Source: Maribacter sp. 2-571
GTDB taxonomy: Bacteria; Bacteroidota; Bacteroidia; Flavobacteriales; Flavobacteriaceae
Length of the DNA: 64,000 bases
Reading direction: 5' to 3'
NCBI RefSeq assembly: GCF_050589625.1
Contig: NZ_JBNGOP010000003.1
Coordinates: 87,023 to 151,022 of the forward strand
In this document: positions 9,197-19,046 of the stretch, piece by piece
How positions within the stretch are numbered: position 1 is the stretch's first letter
Layout of the letters: the number at the start of each line of letters is the position of its first letter
Notes under the pieces: generated by a model
The model's input: the letters and a program-made list of their open reading frames with translations, nothing else
Told to the model about the DNA's origin: nothing
Database searches by the model: none
Made by a program: the position numbers and the translations under genes

Positions 9197-11998
9197 GTGA
9201 GATTCTGTTTGATGATGCTATTATTGGTTCCTTTTGGGCTATTGGCCCAAGAACTGCCTCCTATCCAAACATTTTCGCCATCGGACTATCAGGGCGAAAA
9301 CCAAAATTGGGCCATTTCGCAATCGCTGGACAAGTTCATTTATGTGGCCAATGATCATAGCCTCATGGAGTTTGATGGTGTTCGGTGGAACAAATACGCC
9401 TCGCCGAACGGTTCCTCTATCAGAAATGTAAAGGTGGTCGGGAACAAGATATACACGGGATGCTATATGGAATTCGGGTATTGGACAAAGGATTCCACAG
9501 GGAAACTTAACTACACCTCGTTGGTGGATAAACTAAGCCGGCCCCTTTTGGAGGACGAGGAATTTTGGAACATCGTTGCCGTAGAAGATCGCATATTGTT
9601 CCAGTCGCTCCACAGGATCTATATCTACCCGCTTTCCAGAAAGGAGTTTCGAATTGTTGAAGCGGAGACCGATAAAGCGCAGCTGTTCAATTTAGAAAGT
9701 GGGGTGTATTTTCAAAGAAAAAACCAAGGGATATTCAAGATCACCGAAAATACTGCTCGCGCGATTACCCAAGATGAACGCATTAAAAACAAAACGGTAA
9801 TCGGGCTTTTCGAGGATACTAAAGGGTTGATTTATCTTACTTCGGATGCCGAGTGGTACCGTGAGGAAAAGGATGGCAAACTTGTCGCCTGGGACATTCC
9901 CGCCAATACCGGTCTTTCATCGCTCAATATTTACAGCAGTTTACAACTTGGGGACGGTAGTTTTATATTGGGCACCATCTCCAACGGAATGTATCAAATA
10001 TCAGAAGAAGGCAGTCTGATCAGAAAGATAGACCAACAACAGGGTTTGAACAACAATACCATACTGGCCATCTTCGAGGATAAAGATTCCAATGTATGGT
10101 TGGGGCACGATAACGGCTTGAGCGTAATCAACCTCGATTCCCATTTTAATGAATATATCGACAATGTGGGCAAATTGGGCGTGGTGTATGCATCAAAAGT
10201 TTTTGATGGTAAATTATACTTGGGTACCAATCAAGGGTTGTTTTGGACCGAAAAAGAGGGCGCTCCCAAATTTAAGCTGGTTCCCGGTACCGAAGGCCAG
10301 GTGTGGTGTCTTCCTCAAATCGGGGAAGCGCTTTTCTGTGGGCATCATAAAGGTACCTTTGTCATTGAAGGGGATATGGCAAAAATGATTTCCAAGTTTC
10401 CCGGTACATGGAATATTAAGCCGATAGCGGGCAAACCAAACTATTTGCTACAGGGCAACTATGGAGGGTTAAGCGTTTTGGAAAAATCGGACGGGCTATG
10501 GACGTTCCGAAACAAACTGAAAGGGTTCGATAATTCCAGCCGCTTTTTTGAATTCTCCGGTAAGGATACAATATATGTCAACCATGAGTTTAAAGGGGTA
10601 TTTGGATTAAAGATCGATGACGACCTCAGAAATGCAAAACTGCTATCCAAAGAAGAGGGAAAGGGAAAAGCATCCAGCTTGGTACGCTTCAACGATGCAC
10701 TTGTATACGCTACCGTTCATGCCGTTTTCGATATCGATACACAACGGAACCAATTTGTGGTAGATACCACCCTCACCAATATTTTTCACGAGGATCAAGG
10801 GGATGAACCGAGTATCTTAATTACAGATGGATCGGATAAAAAGTTGTGGCGGTTTGGAAAACAGGACATCATGTTCGCGGAACCCTCCAAGTTCGATGAT
10901 GGCTATAACCGAACCGTTATAGCGGTGCCGAGGGGCCTGCGCAATAATTTGGGTGTCTCGGGTTTTGAGAACATCGGCACTCTTGGTGACGAAAAATACC
11001 TTATCGGCGCTTCTAACGGGTATGTTACCTTGAACAGGTCCAAACTCAAACCGAGTACATACACCGTTCTTTTTAATGAGGTAAAAAAGTACCGTTACGG
11101 CGATTCTCCCGAAAACATCCCTTTGGACACTGTTGCTTCATTGAAAAACCAAGAAAACAGCCTGCTATTTTCCTATAGCGTTCCCGAATTTGACAAATAC
11201 AAAGCGGTAGCGTACCAATACAGGCTGATCGGAATGCACGAAGATTGGAGCGAATGGACCACCGTTCCCGAAGTTTCCTTTGAAAACCTACCCTTTGGGG
11301 AGTACACGTTCGTGGCAAGGGCAAAAGTGGGAAATACGATGACCGACAATGAAATTTCGTATACTTTTTCAATTGAAAGACCTTGGTATTGGTCCATAGT
11401 GGCCATAGCGTTTTATATTTTGGCTATTTTAGGATTTTCGGTGATGGTACACAAGCTGTACAAAAGGTATTATAAAAAGCAGCAGGCGAAAATAATGCGC
11501 GAGAACGAGCGAAAACTGAAACGTAAAAGAAACAAGGCCAAACGCAAAATAGTACAGATAAAAAATGAAAAGTTAAGAAATGAAATAGAGGCCAAAAATA
11601 GGGAGTTGGCCGTGGCGACCATGAGCATGATCAAAAAGAACGAGTTTTTGAATTCCATAAAATCACAATTGACCAAGACCGAGAACAATGCCGCCGTGGG
11701 GTCGGTCATTAAAATGATCGATCTTAACATTGACAATGAGGATGACTGGAAGTTTTTTGAAAAAGCCTTTAATAATGCGGATACCGGTTTTCTTAAGAAA
11801 ATAAAGGAACTGCACCCCGACCTTACGTCCAATGATCTAAAACTTTGTGCGTATTTGAGATTGAACCTTTCTTCCAAAGAAATTGCCCCATTGCTTAACA
11901 TTTCAGTGAAAAGCGTTGAGGTAAAACGTTACCGATTGCGAAAAAAAATGCAATTGGAGCACGAAAATAGCCTCACCGAGTACTTGCTCAATATCTAA
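9197..11998 (+). CDS. Two-component-regulator-propeller / Y_Y_Y domain one-component regulator with C-terminal LuxR-family HTH (PUL regulator)
   Basis: Signal peptide, beta-propeller repeats, Y_Y_Y domain (AVAYQYRLIGMHEDWSEWT), one TM helix, a coiled coil, and a LuxR/GerE HTH (DLKLCAYLRLNLSSKEIAPLLNISVKSVEVKRYRLRKK). No kinase domain. Confidence 0.8.
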   Translation: MRFCLMMLLLVPFGLLAQELPPIQTFSPSDYQGENQNWAISQSLDKFIYVANDHSLMEFDGVRWNKYASPNGSSIRNVKVVGNKIYTGCYMEFGYWTKDSTGKLNYTSLVDKLSRPLLEDEEFWNIVAVEDRILFQSLHRIYIYPLSRKEFRIVEAETDKAQLFNLESGVYFQRKNQGIFKITENTARAITQDERIKNKTVIGLFEDTKGLIYLTSDAEWYREEKDGKLVAWDIPANTGLSSLNIYSSLQLGDGSFILGTISNGMYQISEEGSLIRKIDQQQGLNNNTILAIFEDKDSNVWLGHDNGLSVINLDSHFNEYIDNVGKLGVVYASKVFDGKLYLGTNQGLFWTEKEGAPKFKLVPGTEGQVWCLPQIGEALFCGHHKGTFVIEGDMAKMISKFPGTWNIKPIAGKPNYLLQGNYGGLSVLEKSDGLWTFRNKLKGFDNSSRFFEFSGKDTIYVNHEFKGVFGLKIDDDLRNAKLLSKEEGKGKASSLVRFNDALVYATVHAVFDIDTQRNQFVVDTTLTNIFHEDQGDEPSILITDGSDKKLWRFGKQDIMFAEPSKFDDGYNRTVIAVPRGLRNNLGVSGFENIGTLGDEKYLIGASNGYVTLNRSKLKPSTYTVLFNEVKKYRYGDSPENIPLDTVASLKNQENSLLFSYSVPEFDKYKAVAYQYRLIGMHEDWSEWTTVPEVSFENLPFGEYTFVARAKVGNTMTDNEISYTFSIERPWYWSIVAIAFYILAILGFSVMVHKLYKRYYKKQQAKIMRENERKLKRKRNKAKRKIVQIKNEKLRNEIEAKNRELAVATMSMIKKNEFLNSIKSQLTKTENNAAVGSVIKMIDLNIDNEDDWKFFEKAFNNADTGFLKKIKELHPDLTSNDLKLCAYLRLNLSSKEIAPLLNISVKSVEVKRYRLRKKMQLEHENSLTEYLLNI

Positions 11999-12238
11999 GG
12001 CACTTAACAAACTTCTTTTTTACCACTACATTACCTATACAAACATGAAAATAGCGTGGTAATGTCGTCTTTTTTCATTTGGCTTTTGATTCGTTAAACC
12101 TGCGTTAAATACAGGCTTTCATTATGATTTTATCAAAAATTACCCAAAAAAATAGCGTTGTATGTTTTTTATATAGGTGAATATTAAGGATTTGTGATTT
12201 GGTGACGATAGTTTTGATTTTCGTAAAGAACGCACCAA

Positions 12239-15200
12239 ATGAAACAATTCTTATTTTTTATTTCATTCCTGTTTTTATGCACCACTACCATAGCGCAGAG
12301 CGTGAAGGTTTCCGGTACGGTGTACGACCAAACCACTTCCCAGCCTTTACCAGGGGCAAATGTGTTTGTTAAGAATACAAATACGGGCACCACGGCGGAC
12401 TTTGATGGAAATTTTGAACTATCGGACGTAGCTATCGGAGATGTGCTGGTGTTCTCCTATATTAGTTTTAAAAATCAAGAATACCCGATCGATGGTCCAC
12501 AAAGCGGCCTGGAAATTTTTTTAGAGGAGGATGTTGCGGCTCTGGACGAGGTGGTGGTCATTGGCTATGGGACACAGACCAAAAAGGAAATCACGGGAGC
12601 GGTGGCCGTTATAGGTGCCCAAACCATAGAAGAGCTCAACCCGACAAGAGTGGAACAGGCCCTACAAGGCCAAGTTGCCGGGGTGAATATTACGGCAGAG
12701 TCCGGTTCGCCAGGTAGTGGCTCCAGTATCCGTATTCGGGGAATATCCACAAACGGCGACAATAGGCCCTTGATTCTCGTGGACGGAAACGTTATTGAAG
12801 ACCTGAGCGTATTAAATCCGGGGGATATTGAAAGTATAAATGTGCTTAAAGATGCAACGGCAGGTATATATGGCGTACGGGCGGCAAATGGGGTAATTTT
12901 GATTACCACCAAGACGGGTAAAAGAAATTCGGAACTACGCTTCAGATATGATGCTTTCGGAGGTTTTCAGGAAACTTCGCGCACCATTCCGGTGCTCAAC
13001 GCTACGGAGTACGCCTTGCTGGTAAACGAAGCCTTTGCCGCAAATGGCAGCCCCAATCCATTTCCGAACCTATCCCAATTGGGCGCAGGTACCAATTGGC
13101 AGGACGAAGTTTTTGGTTCCGCACCAATATTTAACCATAACCTTACCGTGGATGGCGGTAGCGAAAAATCAACATATTCCTTGGGAGCTTCACTGCTAAC
13201 TCAAGATGGTATCGTGGGCGGTAACAAGGCAAACTTTAAACGGTACACCACCAGGTTCAACTTCAACACCGATATTCTTGAAAATCTAAAATTGACTACA
13301 AACCTTTTATATACGGGTACGGAAAGAAAAACACTGTCGGAGAACGCGATCGGGTCGGTATTGTTCAATGCGTTGAACAACGCCCCTACCTTTGCGGTAA
13401 AGGACGTGACAGGGAATTTTACGCTGGCCGAAGGACTGGGAAACGAAGTGATCAATCCCTTGGCGCAAATAGCCAATACCTTCAATAGCAACCGTGTAGA
13501 TCGATTGAGCGGTAAAATTGCGTTGAACTATCGCTTTTTAAATAATTTTAAGGTCGAGAGTAGTCTTCAGTTCAACTATGCAGAAGTGCAGGGACGCGGT
13601 TTTTCCCCTACGGTTTTCTTTGGTTCCGGAAAAGTGTTCAACAACCTAGGACGAAACTCCCTGACCGCAAACAAGGATATTTTTAGGGACTACACCTTTG
13701 ATACGTTTATCAATTACAATAAGCAGTTTGGGGAGGTGCACAACGTACAGGCCACTTTGGGTACTTCGGTATTTAAAACAACAGGATTGTTCTCCGGCAG
13801 TACCACTGGTTTCTTTGAAAACGAAGTCCCATTTGCCGAAGCCGATATCGCCAATACCGTGGATAGAAGAAATGGTTTAATAGATAGCGGTCTCAGCGGC
13901 AAATTTGATGAACGACTCTTATCCTACTTTACCAGGGTCCAATATGACTATAAGGGCAAATACCTGTTATCCGGTATTATTAGGCGCGATGGTTCTACGA
14001 AGTTCGGGCCTGAAAATAGGTTTGGGTATTTCCCTTCCGGTTCCGTGGGATGGATCGTTTCCGATGAGAATTTTTTAAGTAAGAGTAACATTATCGACTT
14101 TCTTAAGCTTAGGGGTAGCTATGGAATTTTGGGTAACGATCGTATCCCTTCAAACGGCTTTAGGGGAGTATTGAGCGGTGAAGCGGCTTATGTAGTGAAC
14201 GGGGAGTTGGTGTTCGGCCAGGCCGTAGGCGTCTTGCCCAATCCGTCGATCCAATGGGAAGAACAAAAAACCTTTGATGTCGGGGTGGACATCAAACTGT
14301 TCGATAATACGGTTGACCTTACGGCGGATTATTTCAATAAAACAACGGAAGGACTCCTACTACAACCACAGGTATCGGGAATTTTAGGGGCCTCCGCCCC
14401 AGGTGCCCAAGCGCCGGTGGTAAACGGCGGTACCGTCGTAAATTCAGGTGTGGAGTTCGCCATAGGCTACCAAAGCGACCGTGCCAAGGCGTTTAACTAT
14501 GGCATCAATTACAACGTTACCTTTTTAGAAAATGAGGTCACGCAGGTCAATAATGAGGCAGGATTTTTACAGGGCGGCTCTTTTGGTGTCGGCCAAGACC
14601 CACCGTCCAGAATGGAGGCAGGGAAACCTATAGGGTATTTCTTTGGATTGGAGACCGATGGAATTTTCCAAAATCAGGCCGAGATAGATGCGCACGCTAC
14701 CCAGGCGAACGCCGGCCCGGGAGACCTTCGCTTTAGGGACCAAAATGGCGATGGACAGATCGATGCCGATGACCGCGTGGATATTGGAAACCCGATTCCC
14801 GATGCTACCATGGGACTGAACCTATCCATCAACTATAAAAACTTCGATTTTGGGGCCTATACTTTTGCATCCATCGGAAATGAAATCGTACGAAACTATG
14901 AACGGAACCAACCGCTGGTCAACAGATCGGTGTTCACCATCGATCGCTGGACAGGGGAAGGAAGCACCAACACCTATCCCAGGGTAACTACCGGGGCGAC
15001 TTCCAACACCCTTTTTTCGGACTTTTTTGTGGAAGACGGTTCCTTTGTCAGAATTCAAAACGCCCAATTGGGCTATACCCTTCCCCAAAAGGCCATGGAA
15101 CGTTTTGGAGCGGACCAACTACGAATTTATGTGTCCGCCAACAACATATACACCTTTACCGAATACCGGGGATACGATCCCAGTGGTGCCTCGGGGCCTT

Positions 15201-15304
15201 CCGGAGGTACAAACGGAAACGGTTCGCCCATAGGGGCCGGTATAGACCAGGGTTTTTATCCTGTGCCAAGAACCTATTTGTTGGGTGTAAATCTAAAATT
15301 CTAA
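12239..15304 (+). CDS. susC: SusC/RagA-family TonB-dependent outer-membrane transporter
   Basis: Signal peptide, carboxypeptidase-regulatory-like N-terminal domain (VSGTVYDQTTSQPLPGANVFVKNTNTGT), TonB plug, a 1021-aa barrel, C-terminus ...LGVNLKF. Confidence 0.9.
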   Translation: MKQFLFFISFLFLCTTTIAQSVKVSGTVYDQTTSQPLPGANVFVKNTNTGTTADFDGNFELSDVAIGDVLVFSYISFKNQEYPIDGPQSGLEIFLEEDVAALDEVVVIGYGTQTKKEITGAVAVIGAQTIEELNPTRVEQALQGQVAGVNITAESGSPGSGSSIRIRGISTNGDNRPLILVDGNVIEDLSVLNPGDIESINVLKDATAGIYGVRAANGVILITTKTGKRNSELRFRYDAFGGFQETSRTIPVLNATEYALLVNEAFAANGSPNPFPNLSQLGAGTNWQDEVFGSAPIFNHNLTVDGGSEKSTYSLGASLLTQDGIVGGNKANFKRYTTRFNFNTDILENLKLTTNLLYTGTERKTLSENAIGSVLFNALNNAPTFAVKDVTGNFTLAEGLGNEVINPLAQIANTFNSNRVDRLSGKIALNYRFLNNFKVESSLQFNYAEVQGRGFSPTVFFGSGKVFNNLGRNSLTANKDIFRDYTFDTFINYNKQFGEVHNVQATLGTSVFKTTGLFSGSTTGFFENEVPFAEADIANTVDRRNGLIDSGLSGKFDERLLSYFTRVQYDYKGKYLLSGIIRRDGSTKFGPENRFGYFPSGSVGWIVSDENFLSKSNIIDFLKLRGSYGILGNDRIPSNGFRGVLSGEAAYVVNGELVFGQAVGVLPNPSIQWEEQKTFDVGVDIKLFDNTVDLTADYFNKTTEGLLLQPQVSGILGASAPGAQAPVVNGGTVVNSGVEFAIGYQSDRAKAFNYGINYNVTFLENEVTQVNNEAGFLQGGSFGVGQDPPSRMEAGKPIGYFFGLETDGIFQNQAEIDAHATQANAGPGDLRFRDQNGDGQIDADDRVDIGNPIPDATMGLNLSINYKNFDFGAYTFASIGNEIVRNYERNQPLVNRSVFTIDRWTGEGSTNTYPRVTTGATSNTLFSDFFVEDGSFVRIQNAQLGYTLPQKAMERFGADQLRIYVSANNIYTFTEYRGYDPSGASGPSGGTNGNGSPIGAGIDQGFYPVPRTYLLGVNLKF

Positions 15305-15308
15305 AAGG

Positions 15309-16790
15309 ATGAAAACGAGCAATAAAAACGTAAGACGTATGAAAAGAATTCTTTTTATCCTCCTTTCCAGCCTTGCAGTTTATGCCTGTACGGACGATTT
15401 TGTAGCGGTAGAATCCTTTAATGAGGATACCGAGAACTTTTTTAATTCGGAAGAGGATTATGAAAGTGCGCTCATTGCCGCATACGACCTGTTACAGTCG
15501 ACCTATCTGAATGTGCTGTTGGGGGAAATTGCTTCGGACAATACCTTGGCCGGAGGTGAAAGCGCCACGGACGTACAAGGCATTCAAGAGATAGACGATA
15601 TGGTACACACTCCGGTCAACCAACAATTAAGGGATGTTTGGAACTGGATGTTCGCGGGAGTGAACCGCGCCAACTATATTTTGGAATTTAAGGATAAAAC
15701 CGATTTTTCCAACAAAGGGGTGGTATTGGCGGAAGCAACTTTTTTACGGGCCTATTATTATTTTGAATTGGTAAAATGGTTTGGCGACGTGCCTTTGGCC
15801 GTAGATCAACGGTTACTGTTCGGCGACCAGAACACCATAGAACGTACAGCGGCTTCCGAAATATATGCCCAAATAGAACAAGACTTGATTTTTGCCGCCG
15901 CGAACCTGCCCAATACCCAGGATGAGCTCGGTAGGGCCACAAAGGGTGCGGCCCAAGCACTTTTAGGAAAAGCCTATTTGTATCAAGGCAAATTTCAAGA
16001 AGCGGCTACCGTATTGGATGAAGTGATCGCTTCCGGAGGTTACGATCTTGTAGCCGACTACACCACTATATTTGAAAATGACAACGAGAACAACATAGAA
16101 TCGGTTTTTGAGGTTCAGTATACCGATGTTGAGGGTGCCGGATTTGGTTGTTTGCAATGTAGCGAGGGCAACGTGGCCGTAGGATTTAATGGCATCCGCA
16201 ATTACTCCGGACCGCTTTTCGAATCCGGTTTTAGCTTTAACGTGCCCACCCAAGAAGTTTTTGATGCCTTTGAGGCTGGCGATGTGAGAAGAGCGGTCGC
16301 CATATTGGATATTGAGGCTTGGGCGTCCGCCAACACCGACGTTTCCTTTGTGGAAGGTTTTGAACACACCGGTTACTATAACAGAAAGTATATCGCCCGC
16401 CAGGGGGATTTGAATACCGGTGATGCAAACCTGACCAACCCCAACAATTATAGGGCGATCCGGTTTGCCGATGTCCTTCTTATGGCCGCCGAGGCCTATA
16501 GTCGCGGTGGTCTTGGCGACGCTACCGCACAGCAATACCTAAATCGGGTAAGAAATCGGGCAGGGTTGGGAAATGTGACGCTAACAGGAGGTGACCTTAC
16601 CGCAGCTATTTATCAAGAGCGAAGGGTGGAACTGGTCGGCGAGGGCCATCATTTCTTCGATCTGGTACGAACAGATCGTGCCGCGGCGGAGATAGACGGA
16701 TTTACGTCAGGAAAAAACGAAATTTTTCCGATTCCCAGTATAGAAATAGAATTGGCCGGTAACCGATGGAACCAAAACCCGGGCTACTAA
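15309..16790 (+). CDS. susD: SusD/RagB-family nutrient-binding outer-membrane lipoprotein
   Basis: Lipobox (LAVYAC), TPR-like helical SusD fold, immediately downstream of susC. Confidence 0.85.
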   Translation: MKTSNKNVRRMKRILFILLSSLAVYACTDDFVAVESFNEDTENFFNSEEDYESALIAAYDLLQSTYLNVLLGEIASDNTLAGGESATDVQGIQEIDDMVHTPVNQQLRDVWNWMFAGVNRANYILEFKDKTDFSNKGVVLAEATFLRAYYYFELVKWFGDVPLAVDQRLLFGDQNTIERTAASEIYAQIEQDLIFAAANLPNTQDELGRATKGAAQALLGKAYLYQGKFQEAATVLDEVIASGGYDLVADYTTIFENDNENNIESVFEVQYTDVEGAGFGCLQCSEGNVAVGFNGIRNYSGPLFESGFSFNVPTQEVFDAFEAGDVRRAVAILDIEAWASANTDVSFVEGFEHTGYYNRKYIARQGDLNTGDANLTNPNNYRAIRFADVLLMAAEAYSRGGLGDATAQQYLNRVRNRAGLGNVTLTGGDLTAAIYQERRVELVGEGHHFFDLVRTDRAAAEIDGFTSGKNEIFPIPSIEIELAGNRWNQNPGY

Positions 16791-16905
16791 CAAACCACCT
16801 CGGGGCAAGCCCGCGCGGTATTCGTGAAGAACAAGTTTTTAAATACGGGGCAAGCCTCGGGATCCTAAACCCTTTGGCGGTGCCAATAAAATTAAATGTT
16901 GAAAA

Positions 16906-19041
16906 ATGAGAAATGCTAAAAATTTTCTGATAACCCTATTCGTAGTGCTCTTCGCGGCCTGTGATGAAGATGAAACGACCTCCGTTGCACTACAGGACAT
17001 CTCCGCACCCACAAACGTAAACGCCGTTTTTGATATTTCCGATGACGATACTGGAACGGTCACCGTAACCCCAACGGGTACCGGGGCCTCGTCGTTCGAA
17101 ATATTCTTTGGCGATGTTGAAAATGAAACTGCGACCACCGCATCGCCGGGCGAAACCATAAGCAAGATCTATGGAGAAGGTACCTTTACCCTTCGTATTG
17201 TAGCAATAGGGGCTACAGGTCTGAAAAGTGAACTGGTCAGAATCGTCACCATATCCTTTACGCCACCAACCAATTTAGCGGCAACTATTACCGTATCGGA
17301 AACAGATCCCTTTGAGGTAACCGTAACTCCTTCTGCCGATGATGCCACGGTGTTCGATATTTTCTTTGGCGATGTAGAAGAGGAAACGCCTACTACGATT
17401 ATGGCCGGTGAAACCGCTACCAAAATATATGCGGAAACCGGGGATTATACCGTTCGGGTCGTGGCACGTGGAGCCGGATCGGCTACCATCGAACTTTCGG
17501 AAACGGTAACCATTACCGGATCGGATAACCCCATTGTATTGCCGATAACATTTGACGATGCTACCGTAAACTACGCGTTCGGAACCTTCAATGGTGCAAG
17601 CTACGAAGTGGTGGACAATCCGGACCTATCCGGTGCCAATACGGAGGCATCAAAGGTTGGGGCCATCACCAATTCGGGAAATGCCTTTGAGGGCGGGGCC
17701 TTTAATTTGGGTACTCCCGTCGATTTTAGCGGTACGGACAAAACCATCGCTATGAAGCTTTGGTCAACTTCCGCTGTGCCTGTTTTACTAAAATTCGAAG
17801 GTGGTGTCAATGGCGAAAGAGAAAATGAAGTTACCGTAAATCACGGAGGTACCGGTTGGGAGATCTTAACGTTCGATTTTGCCAACAATGCGGTCAAAAG
17901 TTTTATTGACGGCAGCCAGGGTGTGGGCGAAGCTTTCGTTCCGGATGGACAGTATGCTACCATTGTTATTTTCGTGGACGGGCCGGGTACTAGCGCGGGT
18001 ACGTTCTACCTGGACGACCTGGAACAATCCTTGGGAGCAATGGCAGCTTTGGAACTCCCTATGGATTTTGACGATCCCGACGTGGACTATGCCTTTGGAA
18101 CCTTTAACGGTGCAAGCTATGAGGTAGTGGACAACCCGGACCTATCAGGTGCCAATACGGAGGCATCAAAGGTTGGAGCGATCACCAACAGTGGGAATGC
18201 ATTTGAAGGAGGTGCCTTTGATTTGGGTACACCGGTGGATTTTATGACCGACAAGACCATTAGCATGAAATTTTGGGCCACTACTTCAGTACCCGTGCTA
18301 TTAAAATTTGAAAATGGGGTCAATGGCGAACGTGAAAATGAGGTCGTTGTTACCCATGGCGGTACCGGTTGGGAAGATCTTACGTTCGACTTCGCCAATG
18401 ATGCAACCAAGAGTTTTATTGACGGTTCCCAAGGGGTGGGCGAAGCTTTCGTGCCGGAAGGACAGTATGCGACCATGGTACTCTTTGTAGATGGTCCCGG
18501 AAATACGTCGGGTACGTTCTATGTAGATGCGATTGTGCAATCGGCACCGGACATGGGCGCGGCCGTTGTGCGCCTTCCCTTGGATTTTGAATCGACTACG
18601 CTGACATACAATTTTGTAGGTTTTGAGGGTGCTGATTCGGCTATTGAAGCGAATTCCGTTTCCGGCGGTATCAACACCAGTACACAGGTTATGAGGATCA
18701 CCAAAACCAATGGCGCCCAGTTTTTTGCGGGTACTTTTGTTGACCTGGAGGAGGCCATTGATTTTTCAGCCTCGCAAACCCTTCGGATGAAGACATACTC
18801 GCCAAAGGCCAATATTCCTATAAGAATGGCCTTGGAAAACTCCGAGGGCGGGGTCACTCAAATAGCGGTGGATGTCAATACCACGGTCACCGACCAGTGG
18901 GAAGAACTCACTTTTGATTTCAGCGGCGTTTTTGATGCTGACGCCTCATACAATCGGGTAGTCATTTTCTTTGAATTTATCGATGGGCTTGCCGGTGACG
19001 GTAGCACCTATTATTTTGACGATATCGCGTTGAGCAACTAA
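16906..19041 (+). CDS. Surface glycan-binding lipoprotein (PKD/Ig-like domains plus three tandem ~155-aa CBM-like modules)
   Basis: Lipobox LFAAC; N-terminal Ig-like repeats (TVTPTGTGASSFEIFFGD / FEVTVTPSADDATVFDIFFGD). Two ~85% identical nucleotide repeats at 17545-18010 and 18075-18540 plus a divergent third copy. Position is typical of SGBPs in laminarin PULs. Confidence 0.7.
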   Translation: MRNAKNFLITLFVVLFAACDEDETTSVALQDISAPTNVNAVFDISDDDTGTVTVTPTGTGASSFEIFFGDVENETATTASPGETISKIYGEGTFTLRIVAIGATGLKSELVRIVTISFTPPTNLAATITVSETDPFEVTVTPSADDATVFDIFFGDVEEETPTTIMAGETATKIYAETGDYTVRVVARGAGSATIELSETVTITGSDNPIVLPITFDDATVNYAFGTFNGASYEVVDNPDLSGANTEASKVGAITNSGNAFEGGAFNLGTPVDFSGTDKTIAMKLWSTSAVPVLLKFEGGVNGERENEVTVNHGGTGWEILTFDFANNAVKSFIDGSQGVGEAFVPDGQYATIVIFVDGPGTSAGTFYLDDLEQSLGAMAALELPMDFDDPDVDYAFGTFNGASYEVVDNPDLSGANTEASKVGAITNSGNAFEGGAFDLGTPVDFMTDKTISMKFWATTSVPVLLKFENGVNGERENEVVVTHGGTGWEDLTFDFANDATKSFIDGSQGVGEAFVPEGQYATMVLFVDGPGNTSGTFYVDAIVQSAPDMGAAVVRLPLDFESTTLTYNFVGFEGADSAIEANSVSGGINTSTQVMRITKTNGAQFFAGTFVDLEEAIDFSASQTLRMKTYSPKANIPIRMALENSEGGVTQIAVDVNTTVTDQWEELTFDFSGVFDADASYNRVVIFFEFIDGLAGDGSTYYFDDIALSN

Positions 19042-19046
19042 AACCT